A DNA stretch of 63,585 bases, filler included, from Reticulomyxa filosa (taxonomy: Eukaryota; Protista; Foraminifera): the NCBI GenBank assembly GCA_000512085.1. It is 20 parts of 20 records of this genome, joined end to end, with 100 filler letters (N's around TTAATTAATTAA, not from the genome) between each part and the next. Parts side by side here need not be neighbours in the genome. Positions count along the whole stretch, not along the records: positions 51,359 to 53,395 come from ASPP01009907.1; positions 53,496 to 56,434 come from ASPP01003204.1; positions 56,535 to 59,151 come from ASPP01026227.1; positions 59,252 to 61,700 come from ASPP01038827.1; positions 61,801 to 63,585 come from ASPP01024902.1; 15 more parts are not named here. One strand, 5' to 3'. The notes beneath the pieces are model-generated. The model worked only from the letters and a program-made list of their open reading frames with translations. It had not been told where the DNA came from and ran no database searches. Each line of letters opens with the position of its first letter. Within the stretch, counting starts at the first letter, position 1. The position numbers and the translations under genes are program-made. Shown piece by piece: positions 51,406 to 63,585 of the stretch.

Positions 51406-53383
51406 TTAACTTGCACGCATTGCCTTTTCACTGGCCTCCTCTTTCACCAAGGTGAACACTGGCGACTTAAGCGTAGTAATGAGAGAAGGGGATGGGTGTT
51501 GCTGAGTAGATTGGACAGTGTCATTTGCAGTGGTGTCGTCATTGTTATCACCATTGTTGTTGTCGTTATTATCATCATCATTATCATTATCATTATCATT
51601 GTCATTGTCATTGTTATCCTTATTGTCGCTGTTATTATTATTATTATTATTATTTGGAATAGGTACTTCTTTTTCCTCTTCATTGTCTGGCTCCTCTGTT
51701 GCGACGTAAATGATCTCTTTGTTAAACTCTTCGTATCGAATGTCAATGGGATCACTGGAAATGCCAACCAAATTGCGGAACATTTCACGGCCACGCACAA
51801 TCAATCCATCAACAGCAGCCCCGCCATATTCCTTTGGAATCCATTGCTTGTCAATCAGCTTGGTCATGTATGGCAACAGCCGTTTGGACATTTCTTGGTG
51901 GATTTCCTCCGCGCCAATGCCCGGGATCAAAGCTTCCTTCTCTTCCTTCACCCTTTGCTCCTCCTCCAATCGTTTCTTTTCCTCCGCCTCTTGTTGCTTT
52001 TTTAATTCATCTTCTTTTTTTTTGGCCTCCTCATCTTTCTGCATTTTTTTTTTTTTTTCCCGAATCGATCAATGCTAGGGAAGATCAATGAACGAAAGAA
52101 AACAATATATACATATACATATATATACATATATAATAAACTTTATTTTTGGTCAAAGTGTTTGACAATCGATTGGCTCTTCCATATTCCTTGGCCTTTT
52201 GTCTCAGGTCACTTGCACTTCGCGCATGGCTTCCATCAGACGAAGCACCATCAGTGGATTTTCCAGTCTGGGAATTGGAAGTGTTGATGGAAGACGAAGA
52301 GGCTGAGGATGACGACGACGAAGACGCAGCGGCAGAGGAGGAAGAAGAAGAAGAAGAAGAAGAAGACGACGACGTAGTGGATGTACCCATTGCAGACGTT
52401 GCACCAGAGCCGTCAGTGATGGCACTATTTGCTCCGGAGGTGGTGTTAATACCACTTCGCAAGTCTTTGGTAAAGGACTCATCGTCTTCCCACGGACATA
52501 AATACTCCTTTCTGTCGTCTATCTCCTTTTCCACCTTTTCAAAGACTTCTCTCCACGACCCACTTCCGCTTCCAAGTTCCGGGAACACTGACTTCTGCAA
52601 AGTGGCGTTGTGGACTCCCTTCTTTTTCAGTCGCAGCCATATCTTGACAAACGGCTTTAACCGAAACTCGATGAGCTCTTCTTTGGTGGTGTACTTTTTG
52701 ATCTTGGTGCCCCATTCCGTGGGATTGGGCGCGCCAGGAGGAATTGGAAAGCGATAGTTGTAAAAGGGATATAAAATATTGATGTGAACGATTTGGTAGA
52801 TTAAATAGGGATAATAGCGATTGACCATGGTATCGCAAGCAATATACAAATGTTCATTGCCAACCACATTTTCCATAATCATGTCTTTCCAGTCCAATAT
52901 GATTATTACATTTGGCTGTGCACATATATTATACTTTGCATTGCTATCATTATTGTTATTATTATTATTATTATTGTTGTTATTATTATGCTCGTGGCTC
53001 GGATGAGTTATCGAGGAAACATGCGCTGCATTTTGCGAATAAGAAATATCAAACAATGTGTTCAAGTTGCTTCCCAGCTTTTCAATTTGGTCCGAATATT
53101 GCTTGCTTTCTATAAAGTGATACAACAATGGCGTGTATATTTTGTGGTATTGTTGTTGTGCTGTCCATGGCATATTCATCACTCCTGCATATTGCACCAC
53201 CTCACACCATATGCTCGCCATTTCCACAAATTCCGATGATGTGTACTCTCGGAAGTACGGCAAACTCATGTTACTTCCTATGTGTTCGTATATCACCAAT
53301 CGATTGTCTTTCGATTGGCCGTATATCCCCACTGTTCCTTTTCCACAATGGCGTGTCATTTGTAAAAATAAATATCTATTCAT
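51406..53383 (-). CDS. CRAL-TRIO/Sec14-like protein with large low-complexity insertions; intron about 52039-52141; truncated
   Basis: IYGQSKDNRLVIYEHIG, IIILDWKD, NRYYPYLIYQIVHIN, LKPFV and distal LIDKQWIPKEYGG. Confidence 0.7.
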
Positions 53384-53570
53384 TTCATTTCATTTNNNNN
53401 NNNNNNNNNNNNNNNNNNNNNNNNNNNNNNNNNNNNNNNTTAATTAATTAANNNNNNNNNNNNNNNNNNNNNNNNNNNNNNNNNNNNNNNNNNNNCTTTT
53501 TTTTTTTACTCCTTTTTTTTTTTTTTTGAAGTTGATATACATTTTAAAATTTTGCAATATATCTGCCCAG

Positions 53571-54149
53571 GGGGTTCATTTTCATCCTCAATACTTTGAT
53601 TTCTTTTATCAAGGCGAAACGAGAGAAGGTGAGCCCATTAGCATTAGCACAAAAGTGCTGGATTTGCGGGAACAAAATCTGATAATCTTGCCAAAACGCA
53701 TTGGCAATAATGACCCGAATCGCGATGAGGCGTTTCAATTTCCTTTGGTCCGTTTGGCCAATGAATACACCGAGTGGCGTTGCAACAAAAAAAAATCGGG
53801 ATCCGAAAAAGGAAGAATATTGGGGGTGGATAGATATCGCATTACCAAACAAGCTGTCAGCAGCTTGGAAACTCCTAATGATAGTGCTTTGAAAAAAGCC
53901 GCTGCAGTCGGTGGGTTCTTTACTGGGGTCAAAGAAAAATTAGGACAGGCCACACACATCCCTATTGACATCTCCACTGTTCAAGCTGTGCGCACTGTTC
54001 CCGATGAACCCACTCATTGCAAGCTCACTTATACACACCCGAAAGAAGGAACGACTACACATCGCTATGAAATGCAGTCCAAAGCAGACTGCTTGGCTTT
54101 TGTTGAAAAGGTCAATTTTTTGGTTGCTTTATCCAAACTTAGACCATAA
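53571..54149 (+). CDS. MAPKAP1: SIN1/Avo1-like TORC2 subunit, C-terminal PH domain (last exon)
   Basis: YTEW...RILGVDRYRI, IDISTV, P..PTHCKLTY, RYEM...C..FVEKVNFLV fit the SIN1-type PH domain. Confidence 0.7.
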   Translation, partial: GVHFHPQYFDFFYQGETREGEPISISTKVLDLREQNLIILPKRIGNNDPNRDEAFQFPLVRLANEYTEWRCNKKKSGSEKGRILGVDRYRITKQAVSSLETPNDSALKKAAAVGGFFTGVKEKLGQATHIPIDISTVQAVRTVPDEPTHCKLTYTHPKEGTTTHRYEMQSKADCLAFVEKVNFLVALSKLRP

Positions 54150-54782
54150 TCATCACTTTTTTTTTTGTAACACATACTTGCGAGGGTAAATATTATTTGT
54201 GTAAAGCTCTGAATTTTTTGTTCTCTCCCCTCTTTCTTGTTGTGTCATTCAACGTTATACATCAATAACATTCCATCCAAATTGTAAGAAATAATTGAAA
54301 ATTAGAAAGTGATTATCCCAAAATCTTTGGACAAAAAGTAATGCAGATTTATTGCGCATGTATAAAAACATACACATTATACAACAAACTTACTTTTTAA
54401 AAAATTTCTGCTCGAAGAGATAATATCAAAAAAGAGCGCACAAAGAACAGATTTAATATTTTTTACGACATTGAACAAATACTCGAAGTCAAGTTAAAAA
54501 ATACACATTAAAGTTTGCACTACAATAATAATCAAAACCAAAGAGTAAAATCACCAGTGCAGAAAAAAAGCTACCGTTTTTCATATCTCATGTCTTTGGA
54601 GTCACTCTTTGTTCAATAAAAAAAATTTTTCGAAGTCTTTTTTCTTTTATTTGTTCTTTTTTTTTTTTTTATTTTGATTCTTTTTTTTTTTCTTATTTTT
54701 TATGTCTGTTGTCCTTCTTCCCTTTTCTTTTTTTCTTTCCCCTACCCTCTTTTTCATGTTTTGCCTTCCCCTTGGCTCCTTT

Positions 54783-56410
54783 TTAACCCCTTTTCTTATT
54801 CTACTTCCACAGAGATTCGTGATTCTCTGGACCAGCGATTAGACTGTAGTGTTTTTTTGTTTGTTTTGAAAATATGAACAAAACACTCAAAAAGTCTTGG
54901 AGAGAGAAAAGAGGCTTTTTATGAATTTATATGAGAGAGGACAGTACATACCAGACCAATGCCTTTGGTAGGTTTTACTGTCACAGTAGAAGAGATTCGA
55001 GTTGCAATCATTTCTTGCGGGTTTGTGTTTGGCCCTCCAGGTGTGACAAGCGTGGAACTACTGTTAAATTTTAACTGCGCTTTGTCTCTGTACAAAACAC
55101 GAACAAATGCATACAGAAAAAGGAATATGTAGCGAGAAGACGCAATTTCTTTAAATTATTAATATTATAAAAAAAAAAGACAGTGTTACTTGTCTGTCTT
55201 GACACTTTGCGTATGTAAATAATCAAAATTGATAGACGATGGCAATCCAAAAGATTTTTGTGGGCGTTTTAGTTGAACGACTGACTTATAGCACACAGGT
55301 TCAATGTAAATATTACTTTTCTCTCCATCGTTTTGTGCAATGGATCGCCTTTGCGCCACTCCACTCCACTCTCTTTTATGTGCTATGCAAAGTCCATCAC
55401 AATCGCCATTCGATCATCTTTTTTATCATTTAACAAAAAAAAAAAAAAAGGCAAACTGTTGGAAGTATGGCCGTGATCATTGAGATTAGCGCCAATAGTT
55501 TGAACAAAATTGTTATTGGGATCTTTGAGGCTCTGTTCTTTGGAATAAACAGAGCGATTGTGATGCTGCTTGCGTTTAGGGAAAGCGCTTGCAGTGTTAC
55601 TCCAAGGCGTGCGTAGCGCTGCTTGAGTGTCCTTCTTTTTGAATCGATTCAGCCGGTCCGATTTCATTGGTTTCTCCTTCTCCGCTAGAGAGGTCGCTTC
55701 AAAAAAGGAGAGAGGTTTGGAGTCCCTCCGATTCCAACCGCCTCCAGAAGAGCCCGACCAACGCGACTCTATCCTACCATCATCTCCATGCATGCTGTTG
55801 GCATGTGATAGTGGTATCGATGGTGTTTTCACTTTCTCCACAAAGCAAACAAACAATAAATAAAAATGAATTTTTTTTTTTTTTTTTAAAAACAAATATA
55901 AGTTTTCAAAAAAAAAAAAAAAACTTGTATATGTATACAAATAAATAAACTGAAGGGAGGATAAAGATGAAATTGGTTTGTAAGAAAAGAATCGTTGGAA
56001 GCAGAGGTAGAAAAATGGGTATGGATCGATTGAAAAAGCTGGGGAGAGGAATATAAGGACGGTAAGCGGGCTTTTCTCTTTTGTTGAATGGCGCATGTGA
56101 CGTGGGACGGAATGGTTTCCAACACGTCGAGTAGCCCTTCCCATTGGATCAAGTGTCCACATATGGTGACATCATTGGCGCAGTCATACTGGGCGTAATT
56201 ACTGCTTCTCCACGACTCAAAGGTTTGCACCAACACCACGTACTCAATATAGCGTGTCTGGTAGCACACGTCCGGATTTTCTGTATACAAAAAAAAGTGA
56301 TCACCTGAATCATTTGACAAACATTCGCCATGAGGGATGAACTCCACTTTCAATTCCTCCGTCAATCGTCGAACTAAACCACGAATTTTCGACTCGACAA
56401 AACCTTTCCT
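54783..56410 (-). CDS. Canonical poly(A) polymerase, C-terminal RNA-binding domain and disordered tail; multi-exon; 5' truncated; 3' end approximate
   Basis: KGFVESKIRGLVRRL matches the PAP W.G.VESKIR.LV motif, followed by HFFL. Confidence 0.65.
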
Positions 56411-56534
56411 TTATTTTTTTTTTTTTTTTTTTTTNNNNNNNNNNNNNNNNNNNNNNNNNNNNNNNNNNNNNNNNNNNNTTAATTAATTAANNNNNNNNNN
56501 NNNNNNNNNNNNNNNNNNNNNNNNNNNNNNNNNN

Positions 56535-58560
56535 TTTGATAGAATCATTCTCGACATAGGCGATATTGGCAAGATTGTGTTTATAAGGTCAGTCAGCTTT
56601 GATAATCGAGAAATATTTGATACATATTTGGATACACTTTGATTTATCTTTTTGGTCTCTTGTCTTCATTGACAGATTTCAATTCCTGTTACTTGTGTTT
56701 AGTCTCATTGTACAACTTCTTCATGGATTCAAAGGGGACTAATAAGCTTCTTCTTTCAGGAGTCGCAAAGTATTGAGTTCCATTATCGCAGTGTTTATAT
56801 GAAACTTTAATCAATGTGTTGAAACATTGTATGTCACTCCAAATAAATTGGTTATGTAAATATACACTCCATATTCCTGATTATGCATTGTTTATTTATT
56901 GGTGAAAAAAGTAAATAGACACGATTATCTCTCAAAAATATATTGATCACTGAGAAGAATTTATTGTGTATGAATACAAACAAATAGTGGGATTAATGTA
57001 CATTTACGTGAATACAATACATTGGTGAACATACTTTTGAAAATAGTCCCAAAGCAATTCATTGATATTAGAGCAACAGGCGCAAATGTTGCCTTCACAA
57101 GGAGTTACTAAATATTATCAATCTGCTATATGATGGATTAATTCGGATGTCATTACTTACTATCAAAGAATTGAAACATCATTTTCATGCGTAGGGAGTG
57201 TCTTATTCTCTATCATGGCTCCTTCACGCCATTTCAATACGCCTACAAAATTTGTTACAGTTTGATGCAACCAAGTGTGCTTCTTACCAACAACTTGTCC
57301 CAATTACATTACCAACAACTATTGGCGATGATGAGTTCGATGAATTGCTCATTGAATTAGGCCAATACCGGTTAGTTGTACATAACATTTTTTTTACATA
57401 TACATTTCTTCATTGTGATCATACACAGCAATAAAATCTGTTAATATCGATAACATGGGGAAAAAAAAAAAAAGTTTGTAAAAAAATCAAGAAATAATAC
57501 AATGATGGAACAAGTATTTATTCTGATCTCAAGAGTCTCAAAAACAAAACAAAAAAAATATCACTTGGTAGCAAGAAGAAAAGAAATCGGTTAAACGAAA
57601 ATTGGGTTGTTGTAGAAAATTGGTTGGACCCTCTGCACCACTTGACACAACTGTGGAGTTGGAATGCCTTAATCTTGCTCCAATCAAATACAAATTATTG
57701 GCGTGGAAGATAGGAAAAACAATAACGAAATAAAAACTGAGCAATGAAGAAGATAATTATTATTATTATTATTGACAATATTGTTTCAAGTTTTTTAAAA
57801 GGCTGAACAATTTTGAAATATGCCAATTATCATTTCAATAAAGCCTTTGAAGAAAATGAAAAAAAATCAATTGTCACAACATGGAGGAAACACACATGAT
57901 CTTTTATATTAATTGTGACATGGAAATCTCAAGAACACATCAAATACGTTTGCAATCATTGTACTTCGGATTAGGAGTGTATTGTCCAAAAGAAGCTCCC
58001 AAACATTGGAACTTGCAAATTGAAAAATTATTGTTCGATACAGATAATGTGATTACCACTTCATGCTTTTCTTATTTTTAATCATAAGAACTTAAAATAC
58101 AATATTCTGGTATCTTTTTATCACATACACTTTTTGTTATTGTCCATACACACAAAACACAATATAAAATAATTTAGATGTTTTGATGTGTTATTGCTAT
58201 GCGATGCGAATATAAATATCGGTCAACATTAAATGTTGAGAATTCAATTACAACAACACTACTAGCGTCAATCAATGAAATAATTTTATCAAGTAATGAA
58301 CAATAAATGACACTACCACTATCATTGTCATCATTGTTGGCATCTTTCTTCACTCTCGTTCGTGACTCTTGTTTTACTATTGATATTTTTACAATCTTCT
58401 TTTTTGAAGTCCTTTGTTAATTTTTGTGGCCAAAGAACTTGCGCTTCCAATACTAATATTCTGCCATTTTTTCTTATTGGTTTAATTGGATTCAGATTCT
58501 ACTTTTTCTTTATCGTCTTCTTGTTCCTTTCTGTTTGATGTATTCTTCTTATCATCTACT
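56535..58560 (-). pseudogene. Degraded coding-like region, family unrecognised
   Basis: Purine-rich, codon-like minus strand with many stops. Confidence 0.3.
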
Positions 58561-59251
58561 CCTACATGACAGCAAGAATCAATCCTATTTCGCACAGTCA
58601 ACGCTTAAGCGTGGCTCTTTTTGAGCACATTTTTTTTTCTTAATACAAAGTTTAAACAATATAAGAGTCTATTGCGTATTATCATCTGCAATTAATTGCA
58701 GTTATCAGTTTTTTCAAAGACAAAAGTGAAAACCAAATGTACTTTCTTTTAGATTTAAAATATTTACATTCAAAAATTTTTTTACGATTAACATAATTTG
58801 AAAAAGATGTCTGTAAGCTGGAAGAAGGTATTGAAATTATTATAAAAAAAATACAATTCACACAAAAGGCAAACATTTTTCAAAAAATTTGAGGCAAGTG
58901 TTAAATACTTGCAATTGAATATTCACCAACTTGGTACCACAACCACATCCATTTCCAATTTCTCAATAGAAAGGTATTTTATTTTTGGAGACCTATGTTA
59001 TATACATGTGTATTGATCATATATGTTTCAATCACACCATAAAAACATTATAACTTGGAATATAGGTTGCGCACATAATCACCATAATCATCAGCTCACA
59101 CTTTCAATCCATCATGGGTCACATTACACGATATGGACCTCCAATTTTTTTNNNNNNNNNNNNNNNNNNNNNNNNNNNNNNNNNNNNNNNNNNNNTTAAT
59201 TAATTAANNNNNNNNNNNNNNNNNNNNNNNNNNNNNNNNNNNNNNNNNNNN

Positions 59252-59990
59252 TTGATAAACTGGTTGTGCGAAATTTCTTCTTTTATCGAATTCTTTATTT
59301 CTTGAAAGATCATGTCTTCTTTCCGAATGGTAAGGTGTTTGCTTGTTGTTAGGAAAGTCCAAAAACCTAACATATTACTAGGATGTTGTCAATACTGTTC
59401 ACCTTTTCTCAGACACCTAGCTTCTGAAGCTTTGCATTAGAAGATGTGAAAAGGATTTTTTTTTTCAACAGACATGAATGGATGGATAATAAGGAATGTG
59501 GTTGTAAATATCATGTGACAATATATCATATTTGTTGGTATTGGTTGCTAGCATTTGTCAAACTCACACTCAAAATATAAAAATTCATCTGCTCCATGTT
59601 GAAGCAATTGCAATTTATCTTTGAAACGCTGAGTTCACTGTTTCAAAGTCATTGAATAAGATTCAATGGTTCTTTGTGTGTAGGCCTATATCCATCTTTT
59701 GAATTGACGCAGAAAGAGTTAAATCCCTGCGTTTATATTATGATAGTTTTATCACAAAAGAGATCCAATCAATGCAATGTGTCGATTAACTGAACAGCAG
59801 TTGGATAAATCAGATATATCAAAAAATCAAGCGTACGAAAGCACCAAGTGTGATTAAGGATTAGACAAGCCCACTTGGCATGTGTCATTAACATCATTGA
59901 AATTCTCTCCATTTTTCATTCATCAACATAATCACCCTTTCTGGAATGTTGTGACCATGAAATTCCTTGACATATGCTAATCGAGCAAAA
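59252..59990 (-). pseudogene. Possible F-box gene relic
   Basis: FFDISDLSNCCSVNRH resembles the F-box consensus; surrounding frames broken. Confidence 0.4.
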
Positions 59991-61543
59991 ACCATAACAC
60001 AATTTGAAGTTTTATTTCCTTTTATTGTTTTACTCAGATTTCACTCGAACATTTATAAAAAAAGTAAATATTAATGAATTATCAATTAAAGGGAGTCTTT
60101 ATTTGCTTGTGTCATCTCTAAATCTAATCGCTTTGGTTTTTTTTTTGTTGAACTTATTTTAGATTTTTATCGATTTTTCAACTGCTCAAAAATCATTAGG
60201 TTTTGAATTTTTTTTAAGACTTATATTATGGCAATTGGGTGGAAAAAATATAAACTAATAAATTTTTTTGTTTAAAAAAACATTATCTCCAAATACGAAT
60301 AGGACACATGAACGAGCAATAAAACAAAACCACACCATAATGGCAATCATCGCTTTTTTTTTATTGAAGAAATTTAATACATTATTCCGCAATCGTCTTA
60401 AATTCCTACAGTTGAAAAGAAAAGGGATAATGCTAATTGCTGTGGTATTAATCTTTGTTATGGTTCATCCGATGGTCATATTCGTATTTGGGATAACATT
60501 GTTTTCAATAGCACAAAACTTTTATCTAAGAGATTTACATGCGACAAATTTTTGCCCGTAAATAGATAAGCATAATGTTGTTTTGATATTTATTTCTTTT
60601 TTAAAAATTTGAATCTTTTATTTATTTGATTTTTGAAAAATAGCCCAGTGATAGAGCTAAGTCAAGATTAATACCCTTTTTGTGAAATTCTAATAAATGG
60701 TAATAATCGCATATTATTGGATAAAATTTTTTTAATGTCTTCAAATTTAAATATTCACGTCTAATGCAACCCTTTTCTGAATGCACAAATGCTACATAAC
60801 AATAATTTTCTTTATTAGCTAAACATTTGTAAGCACTATGTATACAATGTTTATCATTGGTGTAAAATATTTGTAATCTTTATACATTACCTTTGTAATA
60901 CTTTTCTGTTAGTTTTGTTTGATCTTTTTAGTTTTTTCTTCTTCAATTCACAAAGCATATGTGCATACTTTAATACTGTAATAAGGGATAAATTGATTTG
61001 TCGATTGTGCGTTTTTGAAAGCATTTACACACTTTAATTTAGCGTCCAAACGGACGGAAAAGGAAAATTGGGAGATGTTCAAAAGTGAAACGCAAAATTC
61101 AGTGAGAATAGTGCAGCAATACTTCAAGTTGTGCCATTATTTTTATGCTTTGCTCTTTCTGCAATGGAATGAAGGGAAAAGCAAAAAAAATCTCGCTCTT
61201 TCTTAGATTTCTCACAGCAGCGATGTTAAAGTTCATTAAAGAAATTTCGGTGATGACAAACTCCAATTTCGAATTATCGACATTATTCTTCAAAGTAATT
61301 TTTTAACGATTATACACGTAACTCATGTATTTAAGATGCGACTGATGTTATAAATAAAGTAGGATGAACTTTACCAAGTGGTTGTTTGAGCAATTTTTGT
61401 CAGTCAAATTCACTTTTAAAATTAAGTCGCAATGTAATAACTCTTTTTGAAAAAAACTTAAATTTTATTGTTCAAAAAGCGTTTTTTTTTTCACACCTCC
61501 CTTTAAAAAAATTTAAACTTAATTGATGACCAACAGTAATAAC

Positions 61544-61700
61544 ATGAGTAAGCAAATCTTTCAAAATTTAAAGAATTTGCCCATTCCACTTCATCAAACC
61601 CAATGTGTGCTACACAAACACGAACTCCTCATTTGTGGAGGTTTTTTTAAAAGAGCTTGTTATTCATATCATACACTCAAAAACGAATACAAGTTTATCT
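61544..61700 (+). CDS. Kelch-repeat protein, N-terminus; 3' truncated
   Basis: LKNLPIPLHQTQCVLHKHELLICGG...CYSY. Confidence 0.8.
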
Positions 61701-61800
61701 NNNNNNNNNNNNNNNNNNNNNNNNNNNNNNNNNNNNNNNNNNNNTTAATTAATTAANNNNNNNNNNNNNNNNNNNNNNNNNNNNNNNNNNNNNNNNNNNN

Positions 61801-61835
<35 letters not shown>

Positions 61836-61846
61836 ACAAAAAAAGG

Positions 61847-62993
61847 AATTTGATTATCGAAAAGAAGCCAACAACTTGCGCACAGTGTACGACAATGTGA
61901 TGCCGGCGTACGGGAACGACGTCTGCATCCCACGGCCAATGGACGGCCTGTGCACGAAGAACTTGTTGGTGATGTCGTTCATCCCCGGAGAAAAGCTGGA
62001 GGTGGCCATTCGCGGCAAACTGCGCGAGTACTTGAGCATGAAGCTCGGTCGACACGTCACCGAACAAGATATTCCATCGGAGCAATTGTTGCAAGAAATC
62101 CGCAAACAATTTTGGAAAAAAGGTTTCCTTTATATATATATATTTATTTATTTATACTAAGTACATATATGTACGTATAAATATATATATATATACATAC
62201 ATTAATTATGTATATGACAGACAATGAACGTGAAATAAAGGCAGGAGGCAATCCGACACTGCGATTATTGTCGATACGTGGTGGATCATGGTTTGGTGGG
62301 TCATTGCGATTTTATCGGTATTTGCTGTCGGCTCGAAGATACTTGTATAATGCGCTGGCGTTTTGCTTCAATTGCACGCTCGCGCTGCTGTTCGTCCCGC
62401 TGACGTGGATTGACAGCCGGTCGGTGTCGGTGCCCTATCTGTCGTATGACGCGCCCATCGTGCCCAATCCGGAACGCTTTCTGAAGACGCTGCTGTCGGT
62501 GCATGGGTATCAGATCTTCAAAAACGGGGCGTTCAATGGGGACCCTCATCCCGGCAACATCTTGCTCATGCCCGATGGACGTCTCGGACTTATCGACTAT
62601 GGCCAGTTCAAGTATCTTTCCAAAGACGAACGCAAGCACTTGGCCGAACTGATCATTGCCCTGGCTGATCGCAATTCGGAACGCATTGTCGAAAAGGCCA
62701 AGGAAATAGGGTTTCGATCCAAACATATGGACCCTTACTTTATCGAAGTCATGACCACCATTGGCTTTGATCGCTTGGATAATGATATTCGGAAAGGTAT
62801 GTCGAGCATCGAGTTTTTCACTCTTATGAGAAATCTTGATGAACCTGTCAAAATCCCGGGCAATTACTACTTGGTTCAAAGAACTGTCTTTCTCTTGCGA
62901 GGCTTGTCTCAGCTCTTGCAGTTTGAGTGCTCCGTTGCACAACACTGGAAACCCTTTGCACAACGCTTTTTACTCGAAAACTTGTCTCAATAA
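61847..62993 (+). CDS. ABC1/UbiB (ADCK) atypical kinase, C-terminal part; intron 62123-62220
   Basis: EFDYRKEANN, LLVMSFIPGEKL, QIFKNGAFNGDPHPGNILL, LGLIDYGQ. Confidence 0.93.
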
Positions 62994-63585
62994 ACTTTTC
63001 TTCTTTTCACTCGCTAGCACGTATTACACAAAAAAAAAACGAACTGCAAACTTCATACTTTAATACCTTTTTTAAAAAAAAAAAAAAAAATTTAATGTTT
63101 TCATTCAGTTTGTTAAGCTGGATCTACTCAATTCGATATATTCTTTCCGATTTTAAAAGAAGTAATTTGTTTATTTGTATGTGTGTTTTTTTTTTTAGGA
63201 ATTGATTTTTTAAAAACTTGTTTTGTCATCACTGTTCGGAGAAAAAAAAATAACGAGAAACACTTCCCTAATATTGTACTATGTTTTAGAAAAAAGAGTA
63301 GCAATAAACTACTATTTGTCGATAATCTTTCTGACCAAACTCGGATTGACGGAACTGTCAGAATTTTGTGACGATTGGTTCTGAGTAAACAAAATTATTA
63401 AAGTTTGAACAAAATAAGGGGGTGTATTGAAGAAATTCTGGCGCACAACAAACAGCAGAAAGTTAAAATAAATGCCTACGAATGAATCTTTATCCACCAC
63501 TTCAGTGGACTCAGGTAAAGCAAAGTGTTGTCAAGGGTAGTGTGTAATATATATATATATATATATACGTGCGTATGTACGTTCG

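Larger units (their letters stand above)
1014..61800. other. 19 artificial 100-bp contig spacers (44N + TTAATTAATTAA + 44N) starting at 1014, 2527, 5810, 7183, 10614, 14151, 20068, 21212, 22931, 26222, 27396, 35922, 46944, 48966, 51259, 53396, 56435, 59152 and 61701
   Basis: Identical length and core each time; the core gives stops in all six frames, a standard concatenation linker. Confidence 0.99.

Noticed and set aside
51496-53239. Plus-strand ORFs with poly-Ile, poly-Leu or poly-Glu
   Set aside because: Antisense to the poly-Asn and poly-Ser tracts of the CRAL-TRIO gene
57615-57700. GC-richer island as a possible tRNA
   Set aside because: No cloverleaf or T-loop GTTC motif on either strand
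58590-58632. Two small adjacent hairpins (ACGCTTAAGCGT; GCTC-TTTTT-GAGC) as an ncRNA
   Set aside because: Too short, with no snRNA, snoRNA or tRNA consensus
1014-61800. Regularly recurring TTAATTAATTAA flanked by N runs as a repeat array or CRISPR-like system
   Set aside because: Artificial six-frame-stop linker of constant 100 bp
62301-62963. 220-aa antisense ORF over the ABC1 kinase
   Set aside because: Expected in a GC-richer exon; no recognisable motif

Overview
Eukaryotic, AT-rich, intron-containing genomic DNA. It is not one locus: 20 short contigs are joined by 19 identical 100-bp artificial spacers (44N-TTAATTAATTAA-44N), so adjacency across spacers means nothing. The gene-family profile (many WD40, Kelch and TRAF-type Zn-finger genes and relics, HSPA12-like, caspase-like) resembles a foraminiferan such as Reticulomyxa filosa; this is inference. 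Recognisable genes are fimbrin, HSPA12-like Hsp70, WD40 proteins, MCCC2, an MscS-like channel, a Romo1/Mgr2-like protein, NAGLU, a caspase-like/TRAF-Zn-finger protein, a tandem RCK-C protein, PEX12, TAF11, phosphonatase PhnX, V-ATPase subunit c, a small Tim, dynein LC8, PP2A B55, a Twinkle-type primase, SRI-like, PPR, CRAL-TRIO, SIN1, poly(A) polymerase and an ABC1 kinase. There is also a decayed Ty3/Gypsy element and several pseudogenes. The best leads are: (1) an ASCH domain apparently spliced in frame to TAF11; (2) a helicase-less T7/Twinkle-type primase with a presequence; (3) a caspase-like protease fused to RING/TRAF fingers, with a -1 frame break on a slippery heptamer; (4) an intron-containing PhnX with a presequence; (5) introns with A-rich rather than pyrimidine-rich acceptors. 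All family calls come from motif recognition by eye, with no database search.
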